Shown here: piece after piece, positions 52,783 to 63,828 of the stretch
Numbering within the stretch: the stretch's first letter is position 1
Layout of the letters: each line of letters starts with the position of its first letter
Origin: Eledone cirrhosa
Taxonomy: Eukaryota
DNA: 64,000 nt
Assembly: GCA_964016885.1 (NCBI GenBank)
Contig: OZ024741.1
Location: 281,046,001-281,110,000, forward strand
Direction of reading: 5' to 3'
Made by a program: the position numbers and the translations under genes
The notes under the pieces: model-generated
Told to the model about the DNA's origin: nothing
Database searches by the model: none
Seen by the model: the letters and a program-made list of their open reading frames with translations, nothing else

Positions 52783-53269
52783 CTAGCAGAAAAACCACCG
52801 TTCGGGTGGTTTTCTGCTAGCATGTGTAGTGTGTATATTGATATTATACACAGGTATATATATATGTAGATATGATACATCAAATAAAATTGTAATTGAC
52901 AATATACACAGAAATTAAACGAAGACTGCGTTACACTCTCTTATGTAATCAGTAACGTAATCCATGATACATTAAAAAAAGACGATATTATATATAAACT
53001 GCATTAAGAGAAAATTAGTGACGGAAATATATGAATGTTTATTTAAGCGATCGCTAACCGGAAGTGTTGACATTTGAAAATTTTAAAGAAGTGAATCTTA
53101 AAATAAGCAACAATATTATTTATATTTAATCAAGAATCGAAATTTAGTAGATAAATTATGTAATATTCATTCATTATTTATTCAAAGTAATCCAACTTAT
53201 TTTACAAACGGGATAAAAAAAATATATTCTGGATGCAGTCCCGCACTCCTTACTTTATTATAGATTAGA
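52783..53269 (-). mobile_element. Non-autonomous Helitron with a palindromic 3' end
   Basis: Minus A|TCTAATCTATAATAAAG start and CTAG|T end at 52783; terminal hairpin 52783-52820. Confidence 0.6.
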
Positions 53270-56051
53270 TTGGTGCACATGTTTTACCATGCTAGCATAG
53301 GTTATGTTTATTTATATATATATATATGTATATACATGATAGGCTTCTGTAGTAAATTTCATTCATCATCATCATTATCATTTAACGGCTGCTTTCTCTG
53401 TTAGCGAGGGTTGGAGAGGTCTTCATAGACCAAGTCAGTACTGAATCAAGACCACTTACAAGGCATTAATCAAACCAAGGTTATGATAGAAGACACTCGT
53501 CTAAGGTGACACAATGGGAGTCGTGTACCTGAGATTACATGGCTGTGATGTGAACTCCTTAACCACCCCCCATACTCATTTTAGTGTTTTTTTGTTTGCT
53601 TTTTTACAGCTACACATAATTTTCTAGATTTACTTGCTGACTGAAAACTTTTCTAGTTAAATTACTGAAAGAAAACACCAGCGAATTATCTGTTGACAAC
53701 ATTTGGCACTAGGAGGCAGTTCTTGCTTGTAGTTTAATTACATTTACATCTGGAATCTCAGGTTTAACTTACCTAGATAGCAGATAGATAGCAGTCTATC
53801 TAGAGAGTTCTATAGAATCAAACTAATGTGGTCCTCTCCTCACAAATGTTGTTTAGAAGCAACTTGAGCTGAAAAACTGGCCTCATGTGTGATTAATGTC
53901 TTTTAATTTAACTAGCAACAAAGTACAACTATATAGATTATTATTCAGCTACCTACACATGTGTGTGTCTGTATGCATATATATGTGTATGTATGTGTGT
54001 ATGTATGTGTGTGTATGTATATGTGCATGCATATGTGTGTGTAGGTTCATGTGTGTATGTGTATATTCATGCACGTGCATGCATATATGTACATGTGCAT
54101 GTGTGTGCATGTGAATTTGTGTATGTGTACATGCATGCACGTGTGCACACGTGTGTGCATGTGTTTGGGCTTGTGTGTGTGTGTGTTCTTGATAAATTTA
54201 TTTAATTGATAACTGGGTCTATTGATATGTTGGTTAGTTCTTACAACAATAACAGCAGCAACAATTGATAGCAGGGTCTTTTATTCTTTTAGTTATTTGG
54301 TTAAATGTTACAACATCAATAGCAACAATAAATGTTTCGAGACCATTTCCCCTGATTAAACAGAGGTTAGCATTGCAGGCCTCTATGACAGGCTTAATGC
54401 TATAACAACAACAATAACAGAAACAAAAAGAATTTCAATATCATTTAGCCCTGATTTAACAGGGGTTAGCATTACAGCTCCACATTTCAGAGTTAACCAT
54501 ACTCATCATGAGGGGCCTTTTAAAAGCAATGTTTTACAGCCATCTGGTGTCAAATCTTTCTGTCACCTCTTTCTGTCACCTCTTATGACACATAGGAACA
54601 TGGTGTACCTAAATGTTATAAATATATCAAAATTATTATTTTTTTTGTTCTTTGTGTGTAGAAAATGCAAAATTGCTTATTTTAGGTTACCCTTGTTGGT
54701 TTTCTGTTCTTTTGAAACCTGACACCCAAAAATGATATTCCCTCAAACTCTGATCAATAATTGATAATTGGAGTTCCCTCATGAGATCCTAGAAACACAG
54801 CTTCATTATCATCATCATCACTGCTTACTGTCTATTTTCCATGCTTGCATGGGTTAGATGGCTGTCATGTACTAAGTAAGGCCTTATGGGACAGGTGACT
54901 AGGTCTTGCTCATACATTTTGTTTTAGCTTGGTTTCTATGGCTGGATGCCCTTCTTGATGATAACCATTTAACAGCCTGTACCGGGAGCATGTTTTTTGT
55001 AGCTGGATGCCCTTCTTAATGCTAACCACTTTATAGTGTACAAGGGAAATGTTTTCTACAGCTGGATACCCTTTTTAATGCCAACTTTTTACAGTGTTTA
55101 CTGGGAACATGTTTTCTATGGTTGGATGCCCTTCCTAATGCTAGCCACTTCACAGCATATTGAGGGAGCATGGTTTCTCCAACTGGATGCTCTTCATGAC
55201 ACTAACCACTTTACAGTGTGTACTGGGAACATTTTATCATGAGTCTGGCACTACCACCTTAGGGAGTGGACTACACTTAACTACATGTTCTTCATACAGA
55301 AAGTATTCCTAGGAAATTTTTCACAGACTTGCATTGGCTAAATTTATCAGAGAGAAATATTTAACTTCTGGGAAGGAAAAAATCTGAAATTACACATTTT
55401 TTGTTTGTCTTATTTTCATAAATATACAATATTTTTTCTGGAACAGTTATTTTCATTAAAAAATTTTTTTTTGCTTTTTCGAAGGTGTTTGTTTACATAG
55501 AAACAGGAAAACATTTTGAAACAGATTAATAGCTGATAGTTATTCTACAGAATTACCTCTCTGCTAGTTTAGAAAACATTTTATCAGCTTCTGACATCTG
55601 TGTGTGACTTTAAAATGCCAACTCATAAACTGTCTTAATGTTGTAATTTATTTGTGAAAGACAAATATTTCAGCTTCAACAGGTCTCATACACTGTAAAC
55701 TTGTGTATTAGAAAGCTGTTACTTGTAAAAATATTCAGTTTTAATATTTTTGTTTGTTTGTTTGTCTTATAACAACAACTTAACATTTACAATATCAGTG
55801 TGGCTTGTCTTCAGAAATTCATTCTACATATCACCCTCCATCCCCAATTCAGAAAAGATTTGTTTAAACACTTCGCTTACTGTGCTTATAAATCATGCCA
55901 AAAAAAACAAGGAAACAAATAGATAGTATGTTCTTGAAGATAGACAGTGTAAACTATTTAGGGGCTCCCTAAAAAGAAAGTCTTCTATGAATTTTGTGGT
56001 ATCTTTTTTTTTTTTTTAATATCTGGACAATGTTGTCTTCCTACACTAAAA

Positions 56052-56243
56052 TAATTGTTTCTACTGTTGGCACAAGGCCAGCAATTATCCCAGGGTATTA
56101 CTGGTACTTTATTTTATCGACTCCATAAGGATGAAAGGCAAAGTTAACCTCGGCGGGATTTGAACTCAGATCATAAAGGGCCGTAACTCTTTGCTGCAAA
56201 GTATGGCGTCTGACTCTCTACTGATACTGCCAATCCACCGCCC
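56052..56243 (-). mobile_element. Young tRNA-derived SINE
   Basis: Reverse complement of the 25220 family. Confidence 0.88.
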
Positions 56244-56543
56244 AGTCAGTTATTAGTGACATAGTTTTAGTTGTTTATTGCTTTATTTGCAGATTTTAAT
56301 TAATTTAGGCCAAGATATGGTGATGTGGCTAAGAAGTTTGGTTTTCAGTCATGTCGTTTTGAGTTCATTCCCACTGCATAGCATTGGTGTGCTGTGGGCA
56401 AATATTTTCTACTACAGCCTTGGGTTAACTGATACCTTGTGAATGACATTTGGTAAATGGAAGCTGCAGATGCACATTATATATATATATATATATATAT
56501 GAAAAAGAACACAAGAGCGTCTACAACATCAAAAGATTTTTAT

Positions 56544-56592
56544 TGGCTTACAATGTTTCTTCCTTACGTAACCGTAGGATTCGTCAGAGCTA
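56544..56592 (-). ncRNA. Type I hammerhead motif
   Basis: Minus: GCT-CTGACGA-a TCCTACG gtta CGTAaGGA a-GAAA-CATTG-TA-AGC, then AATAAA. Related to the 60144 motif. Confidence 0.7.
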
Positions 56593-57886
56593 TAAAAGGG
56601 GTTTGATTGGTGTTATGGACTCTACCAACCAAACATTCAAGAACAAAGAGTAAAGAGAGTAAAGAGCAAAAGTAGGGGACGATAAGTCTAATTTTGGTGC
56701 GGGAGCGTGGGGTGTGGGTCCTTGTTTACTAGCTGCGGTCATATTCATTCCCGGGAGTCGGGTGGTTAGCTGAACCATAGATGGGGTGGCGTCGATAGTA
56801 TGGTGCAGAGGGTGCGCAGAGGCTACACAAACACAAAGGGCGTACAATATATATATATATATAGTGGAGGAGAAAGTACATGAGGTAATTAGAAATGGAA
56901 AAAGAGTAATAATAATAATCTATAATTAATAGTGTATAATAAGGCATGGGGAAGATTACACTATAATAAGGTATAAAAGTAAGAATAAGGTAAAATATAA
57001 AGGAGGATAAGAGTGGAAATAATAAAGATAAAAAAATATAAAGATAAAAAAATATATAGAGAATATATAAAGAAATATAAGCGAATATTTGGAGGGGAAA
57101 ACACAATGTAAAAAAAACCGATTTTTTCAAATAATAATAAAAATATAATAATTATGGGGGGAGAAAACGGGATAGAGAAATATGATCAAGTGTGATTAGT
57201 TGAGAGAATATAAGATGATAATAGTTATGTCAAGTTTATACATCTTAATAATAAATAATCTGTGTATCAGAGTTGCAGAACCTTCAATTCACTTACGGGT
57301 TCAAGCCACGTGGCATGGTCCATTGTTTATTTGTGCGGTCATGTGCGTTTGTTTTTGATACCACAGCAGATGCACAAGTTCGTAAATTCCAATGCAGATA
57401 GAAATCTATTTTTGCTCACCCGGATATTGACGGAGGATCCAATATTCCTAGTTCAATATGTGTTTGGTGTTATTTTGGTCGCACAAATCAATCACTTGGT
57501 TCAATATATGGAGTATGGTTTTCTGGTCTTCGTAACAGTGTCAGTGGTTGTATATCTGGAAATCACAAGGATCACAGTACTCCGGTTATATATATATATA
57601 TATATATATCTATATATATATCATCATCTTATCTTGGCTTGCTGGTTGTACGGATCACCATGACACCGTTCTCCATCTGACTCTGTCATCCATTGCTATA
57701 TTGCTTGTGGTAGGTCTTCTGGGTTGCATTCAGAATCTGCACATAGCTGTTTGATATTGGGATATCCATACCTTGGTTGGTGTCAACAGCAGCACATTGC
57801 TAATGATTTCATTCTTGGCTCTCCAACTGTGTCCCATGAATAAGGTTAATCTCTCTTGGATGGTATGAGAGAGTGTAGTTAGATGG

Positions 57887-57934
<48 letters not shown>

Positions 57935-58139
57935 TTAAGGGTACTATTTATGGTTATGTATGCAATAAAACCTTTAATGGTAATATATTATATATACACA
58001 AACCCTAAATAGTGAAAGATAGTCATTAATTACTATCCTATTACCAGTAAGATAAATAGCTCAATGTAATAACATCAGTTGTTTTACAGAGCAGTTATAT
58101 AGAGATTACAATAATCAAAGTTCAGTTTAAGTCATTTAT

Positions 58140-58188
58140 TTGCTTACAATTGTTTCCTCCAAACCGAGGTTTGGATTCTTCGGAGCAA
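58140..58188 (-). ncRNA. Type I hammerhead, U4C core variant (left inverted copy)
   Basis: Exact reverse complement of 60144-60192. Confidence 0.7.
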
Positions 58189-60143
58189 CTATTTACTGAT
58201 CTATAACATACTTGACTTCCTTTTCAACCCAAGAGACACATAAAACATATGCGCATATTGATCAACAGTAGCACACCTTACACCTCACATCCACACCCAT
58301 TTCTATACTCTAAAGATAATACTGACAGCATTTTAGTACCACCTACCCTGGGAATACCCCCTTGTACCTCTAATTCTGATATCTCAACCGTGGACTACTT
58401 ATTCTGCATTGCACAAATATATGATTAGTATAAACTGGGGACACGGTACTGGTTGCGATAACATAGTCCTGTGCATGGATTCCCACCAAGAGATAGATTG
58501 ATGATTAGATAGATAATCGTATTGTTATGTGAATATATACTGTAAACGATCAGTTCAATGAACTATGCACAGGTGATGCACGAGTTAGGAGCATCTGTGT
58601 TGCCTGGTGACCTGACCGGCACCTTTTGACGAAAGAACCGGCCACCGGACCACCCTGGTGAACTTACCGGCGATGCAGTCATACTATAACCTGAATCTCG
58701 CCGGGAGTCATGTATGATAATAAGACCATTACTGATAGTGAGACCCATGTAGTTAATTATGTAGTCTGACTCTTCTTATGGATTAGCCGGGTGTGGCACC
58801 CCATGGTGGATTGTGGTCATCATGATACAAACTCCTTTAGTACTTGTTACTGGACTCCACTCTAACTTGTAGATGGGATACCTGATCTATATGTGGGACG
58901 TGGGTTTATGTATTGCTTGGTGGCCAGGCAGGTGCCCTGGTATGAGAGATTTAATCTCCAGATTGTAATCATCTTGATGTGAACTCCTTTAGTACCTATT
59001 AATATACTCCACTCTGGCTTGTAGATGTGATACTTAATTGATTTATATATGAGACGGGGGTTGTCTATTGCTTGATGACCAGACTAGTGCCTTTATATGA
59101 GAGATTGGATCTCCGGACCATACCGAAGATTTACTGGAGATTCAGACATGCAATGACCCGGAGCCTACCGGGTGGCATATATAATAGTGGGACCATACCA
59201 GGTCCTACTGTTATATTACATTTGCATGGAACAGTGACTTGAGAGTCTGACTCCTCTTATAGAACGTTCAGATATGACACCCCTTAATGGATGGTAATCA
59301 TCCTAATATATACACCCTTGTACTTCTTAATGGACAACTCTCTAACCTATAAATGGGTAACATACTCTAGAAATTAGTTATAACTTCACATGATAGGCAC
59401 GTATTTGAATCACCATTAATGTAGTTTAGGATAATAATTTAACTAAGATAACTAGCTAGTTACCTCCCCTTACGCATTAATTCCCCTTAGTCATTCTGAC
59501 ACTTCCGGAATCTGGACAGCATGATCTATTAATTAAGAACCGACTGGATACGGTTTATAGCTTGATTATATGCTGAACCACCGCGAATTATACGATAGAC
59601 AAGTGTTCTCTATATATATTGCGTCTCATGGATTATGTGATTGGTGGTGTGAGCGAAGACAGTGGTACGGCTTTGCCTACGATACAATAAGGTTTATAGT
59701 ATGTGGAAAGTTTTTGATATTTTGGTGTTTCCCTGCATCCAAGACTGTATATCATACAGATGTATGAGAATAAATGACCTAATAATCCAGCCCACATAAT
59801 AAGATCGATTGCCTGCTTCAACTGCCTGACCCTGCAAATATCATTCTGGCGCACTCTAATCATGTATAAATAAGACACGCGTGCATGCTACACGTGAGAC
59901 TGTTTCATACACTGACTACTCTAAACTTTCCTCTTGCTTTATCTTCATAGACTGCCAACGCTTCATGTTTATCTTTATTTTCATTCTTGTTTTTATTTTA
60001 TTTTTATCCTGTAACCTTTATATGTAAATTGTCATGCTATATCATTTGATGAATGTCACCCCACTGTTGATCAATATGCGCATATGTTTTATGTGTCTCT
60101 TGGGTTGAAAAGGAGGTCAAGTATGTTATAGATCAGTAAATAG

Positions 60144-60192
60144 TTGCTCCGAAGAATCCAAACCTCGGTTTGGAGGAAACAATTGTAAGCAA
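60144..60192 (+). ncRNA. Type I hammerhead, U4C core variant
   Basis: TTGCT-CCGAAGA-a TCCAAACC tc GGTTTGGA g-GAAA-CAATTG-TA-AGCAA, then AATAAA. Confidence 0.7.
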
Positions 60193-60562
60193 ATAAATGA
60201 CTTAAACTGAACTTTGATTATTGTAATCTCTCTCTCTCTATATATATATAGTATATATATGCGCACCTAGAAAGTTCCCCTCTGAGGCACAAGTCCAGGC
60301 AAGGTTGTTTGTGGAAGACCAGCAGTCGGCCATACATACCAGCCTCCCCTCTCCAAGGGAAAGGCTATGGCTAATACAGCTTGGCACCAGTGACATCGCA
60401 ACTCATTTCTACACCTCTAACCATTAAGCCATACACCTTCACACACACACACACACATATTTATATCTATCTATCTCTTTCTATATCTATCTATCTCTCT
60501 ATATCTATCTATCTTTTTATCTATATATCTCTCTCTCTCTATGTCTCTCTCTCTCTCCCCCC

Positions 60563-60605
<43 letters not shown>

Positions 60606-60658
60606 CATACAAATAGTAAAACAATGAAATTAAACAAAAAAACGGTTAATTCATAGTA

Positions 60659-60799
60659 AAACTCATTATTCTACGATCGTTTCTGGGGGGTAGTTCCCCG
60701 TATGTCCATTCTATTATTGATCTATGTAAAATATATTACAAAATATCATAGTAAGAAAATATACATACTTCACTACCCTCCGTCTTCAGAAATGAGTTT
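60659..60799 (-). ncRNA. Type I hammerhead with a long stem II insertion
   Basis: Minus: AAACTCATTT-CTGAAGA-c GGAGGGTAGT...ACTACCCCCC a-GAAAC-GATC-GTA-GAATAATGAGTTT. Confidence 0.7.
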
Positions 60800-61843
60800 T
60801 GTTTATTGAAGAATACAAAAAAAAACACATATATGAATAAATAACGTTTTATAAACCAGGTTGAGGTTGACCAATAGTAAGAATAGGAAGGGGCAATATA
60901 GATCCCTAAGTTGGTAGTAGTAGATGAATAAAGGGGATGAGGTATCAAATGACTTTTAAGAAAAGAAATGAAAGTTTCTAGTGTAAAGGAATTTAGACAT
61001 ATTGTATATAAAAGTGTTGATGGTCAAAGAAGATTACAGTTGGAGGAAAAGGGGTGCAGAATTGAGTGTGTTACATCAAGTAGAATAGTATAGAACAATC
61101 CTAAAATATTTGTTATTTCTTCGTTGAGAGGAATAATTGTTCTAAAAATATAATAATAAGTAGAGGAATATAAATGGAACCAAAGGGAAGTAAAATTTAG
61201 ATAAAAAATAGATAAAATTCTATATAGGTAAGTAAATACTAAAGTTTGTGTAAGTATTGTATTGTGTTAGAGTGGTTAGAAAGAAGTTTTACCTGTAGGG
61301 AATTATATTTTCGAATAAGAAATCACATTAATAATCTGTTTTGTTTTTTTTAAAAGGGGGTTTAAATGCATATCAACTAAAAGTTTTGTTAGATTGTTGA
61401 AAATAATGTAATATATGGTGCTCATTTATTGTTAATTCTTAAAACAGTTATAGGAATGAGATACAGGATTTAATCCATGGATTAATCCTAATTGCAGAAA
61501 AAAAAAAAATATATATATATACACATACACACACATATATATATACATATATACACACACACATATATATATATATATATATGAAATACGTCCCTTCACG
61601 CACAAGGCGCCAAGGTACGCATGTATTGTCCAACCAAGTGCCAGTGTGGTTCAATGGCGGGTTTATATATATATATATATATATACGCACACACACATAC
61701 ACATATTATATATACACACATATACATATACGCACACACAAGTATATATAGAGGCACACACCTATGAATGCAAATACATATACATATATATATACATACA
61801 CACACACACACATTTTATCTCCTATATCTTTTTCTATATTTGT

Positions 61844-62128
61844 TTAGTTATATTTATAATATTTGAATGTCCTTCTAATTTTATGGTTACATGCTATAAT
61901 TAATTCTTGTCTTTTATTTAATAGAGTGTCCTTCGATTTAGTAATTTCAAAAATTTCTTGGGAACATAGTCCACACTCCCTTCTATTGCCCTGATAAGAA
62001 ATGGCCCTCTTGAGAATCTTCCAAGTTAGGTTATAGTCAATATTCTTCTTTTTACAATTATTAACTGCTTTTGCTAAAGAAGTGGTATTAGCTAATTTTG
62101 TATTTCGGAAACTGTTGGTGTGTGCATA
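61844..62128 (-). mobile_element. Penelope-like (Naiad-type) GIY-YIG C-terminal fragment, open frame absent from the ORF track
   Basis: YAHTNSFRNTKLANTTSLAKAVNNCKKKNIDYNLTWKILKRAISYQGNRRECGLCSQEIFEITKSKDTLLNKRQELIIACNHKIRRTFKYYKYN* (H..SF, TSL, W.IL, CxLCxxE, LNKR.E, CxH motifs). Confidence 0.85.
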
Positions 62129-62158
62129 AATATATATATATATATAGGAAAAAGTATG

Positions 62159-62254
62159 ACCCCGACGGCAGAGCTCAAGCCGTTTCGACGGCTATTTCTT
62201 GACTAAATTAGAATTTTTAGCCTGGTAAATAAATAGCCGAACTTGTCAAGGGGT
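62159..62254 (-). ncRNA. Type I hammerhead, U3-A8 variant with full stem III
   Basis: Minus: ACCCC-TTGACAA-gtt CGGCTATTT...AAATAGCCG tc-GAAA-CGGC ttgagctct GCCG-TC-GGGGT. Confidence 0.8.
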
Positions 62255-62579
62255 ACTTCCTTATATGGGAAGATTGTAGTTGTCAAGAGGATTGGTCAAA
62301 ATTTGTTGTAAACACAAATAAGTCTGTCATGGCATTTGGTGGGAGGTAGGGGTAGCTGAACTTGCCTGTAGAACAATGAGGGAGTGAGTGGAGCCGGTCA
62401 AGCGTTGAAAGTGAAATCTATACAGCAGATTCTAAGGATAGTGTATGAAAAGTCGAAAAATTGTTCTGGAGAAAATGGAGGAGGGAAGTAATAGAATAGG
62501 TAAGTCAAATGAGAGTAGGAGACAATAAAAAATAATAGAAAGAAATATAAAGAAAATATATAAAATTAGATAGTGAGAA

Positions 62580-63312
62580 ATGAATAAAAAAAACACCAAC
62601 AATATATTATGGTTCGCTCCTCCTTTCTCATTAAGTATTAAAACTCTTATTGCTAAATTATTCTTTAAAGCTCTAGATAAATGCTTCCCTAGAACACATA
62701 GGTATTACTCAATATTTAATAGACATACTATAAAATTAACGTATTCAACCACCAGTAATTTAGCGCAGAATAGTAATAGAATTAATAATAGAAACTTAAA
62801 ACCTAACCAGAATACCATTAATAACCCCAGCAATATCCAACTGAATAATACGGCTCATAGAAACTTAAATTTAGATAAATGTAACTGTAGAAATAAATCT
62901 AACTGTCCGTTAAATAACAATTGTTTAGTTAAAAATATAGTATATAATTGTAATGTAAAAACTAATTTAAATTCATTTAATTAAGTAGGCTCTACCGCCA
63001 CAGATTTTAAGTCCCGTTTTAATAACCATAAATGCTCTTTTACGAATATAAATAAAAAAATCTTCAACTTCTCTATCTAATTTATTATGGGACCTAAAAT
63101 CAAAGAACACTAACTATTCTTTTCTTTGGAATATTATCTCCAAAGCTCCTCCATTCAATGCTTCTTCTGAAAATTGTGCTCTTTGTATAGAGGAAATATT
63201 CTTTATATTAAAAAGTAAGAATTCTGTTAATTTAAGGAATAATCTTTTCAGTTCTTGCAAACATAGATTGAACTCAACGTTTAAATATATATATATAAAA
63301 TGTAATACATAA
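62580..63312 (+). mobile_element. Penelope-like (Naiad-type) 5'-truncated ORF: RT thumb, linker and GIY-YIG, disrupted
   Basis: ILWFAPPFS...IFNRHTIKLTYS, CNCRNKSNCPLNNNCLVKNIVY...*VGSTATDFKSRFNNHKCSF, a frameshift near 63060, then TSLSNLLWDLK...WNII...CALCIEE...CKH. Confidence 0.9.
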
Positions 63313-63653
63313 TTCATCTTTATTAAACCTATCGATAATTCATTAGATTCCTTCATATGACTGCTTATAACTCTCTTAAAAGAAAAAAATTTTCTTGAAA
63401 ACTTTTCTTGATAAATGTACTAAAAGATTTGAAGAAGGATTTTTTTGAAAATTCCTACGATGGGTATAAGGAAATTATAATTCATAATTCATATTTTATT
63501 TTCTATATTCTTATATTTTTTAAAATTATAATTCATATTTTATATTGTATATTTTATATTTATGTATTTTTCAAATGCTTAATATATATATGTATATATA
63601 TAAAATAAAATGAAATAAATAAGTCAAATGTTTAAAATTTGGCTTCGTTTATT

Positions 63654-63708
63654 ACTGCTATATATATTTCGGTGACAGCCATCTTTGGCTGTGACCTCTT
63701 CAGGCAGT
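63654..63708 (-). ncRNA. Minimal type I hammerhead, canonical core
   Basis: Minus: ACTGC-CTGAAGA-GGTcACAGCCA aaga TGGCTGTcACC-GAAA-TATATA-TA-GCAGT, then AATAAA. Confidence 0.85.
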
Positions 63709-63828
63709 CCGAATTAGTGTGGTAGAGACGAGTACACATGTTGTTGAGGTGTATAACTTTGTCAATACTCTGACGGGGGTGTATTTTGTTAGAGATGCCT
63801 ACTGACTGTAGTAGGTTTTACTTTGTAT

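Larger units (their letters stand above)
58101..60231. mobile_element. 2.1-kb element bounded by 169-bp inverted repeats, each carrying a hammerhead (Penelope-like, apparently non-coding)
   Basis: 58101-58269 is the reverse complement of 60063-60231 with one mismatch seen. Confidence 0.85.
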
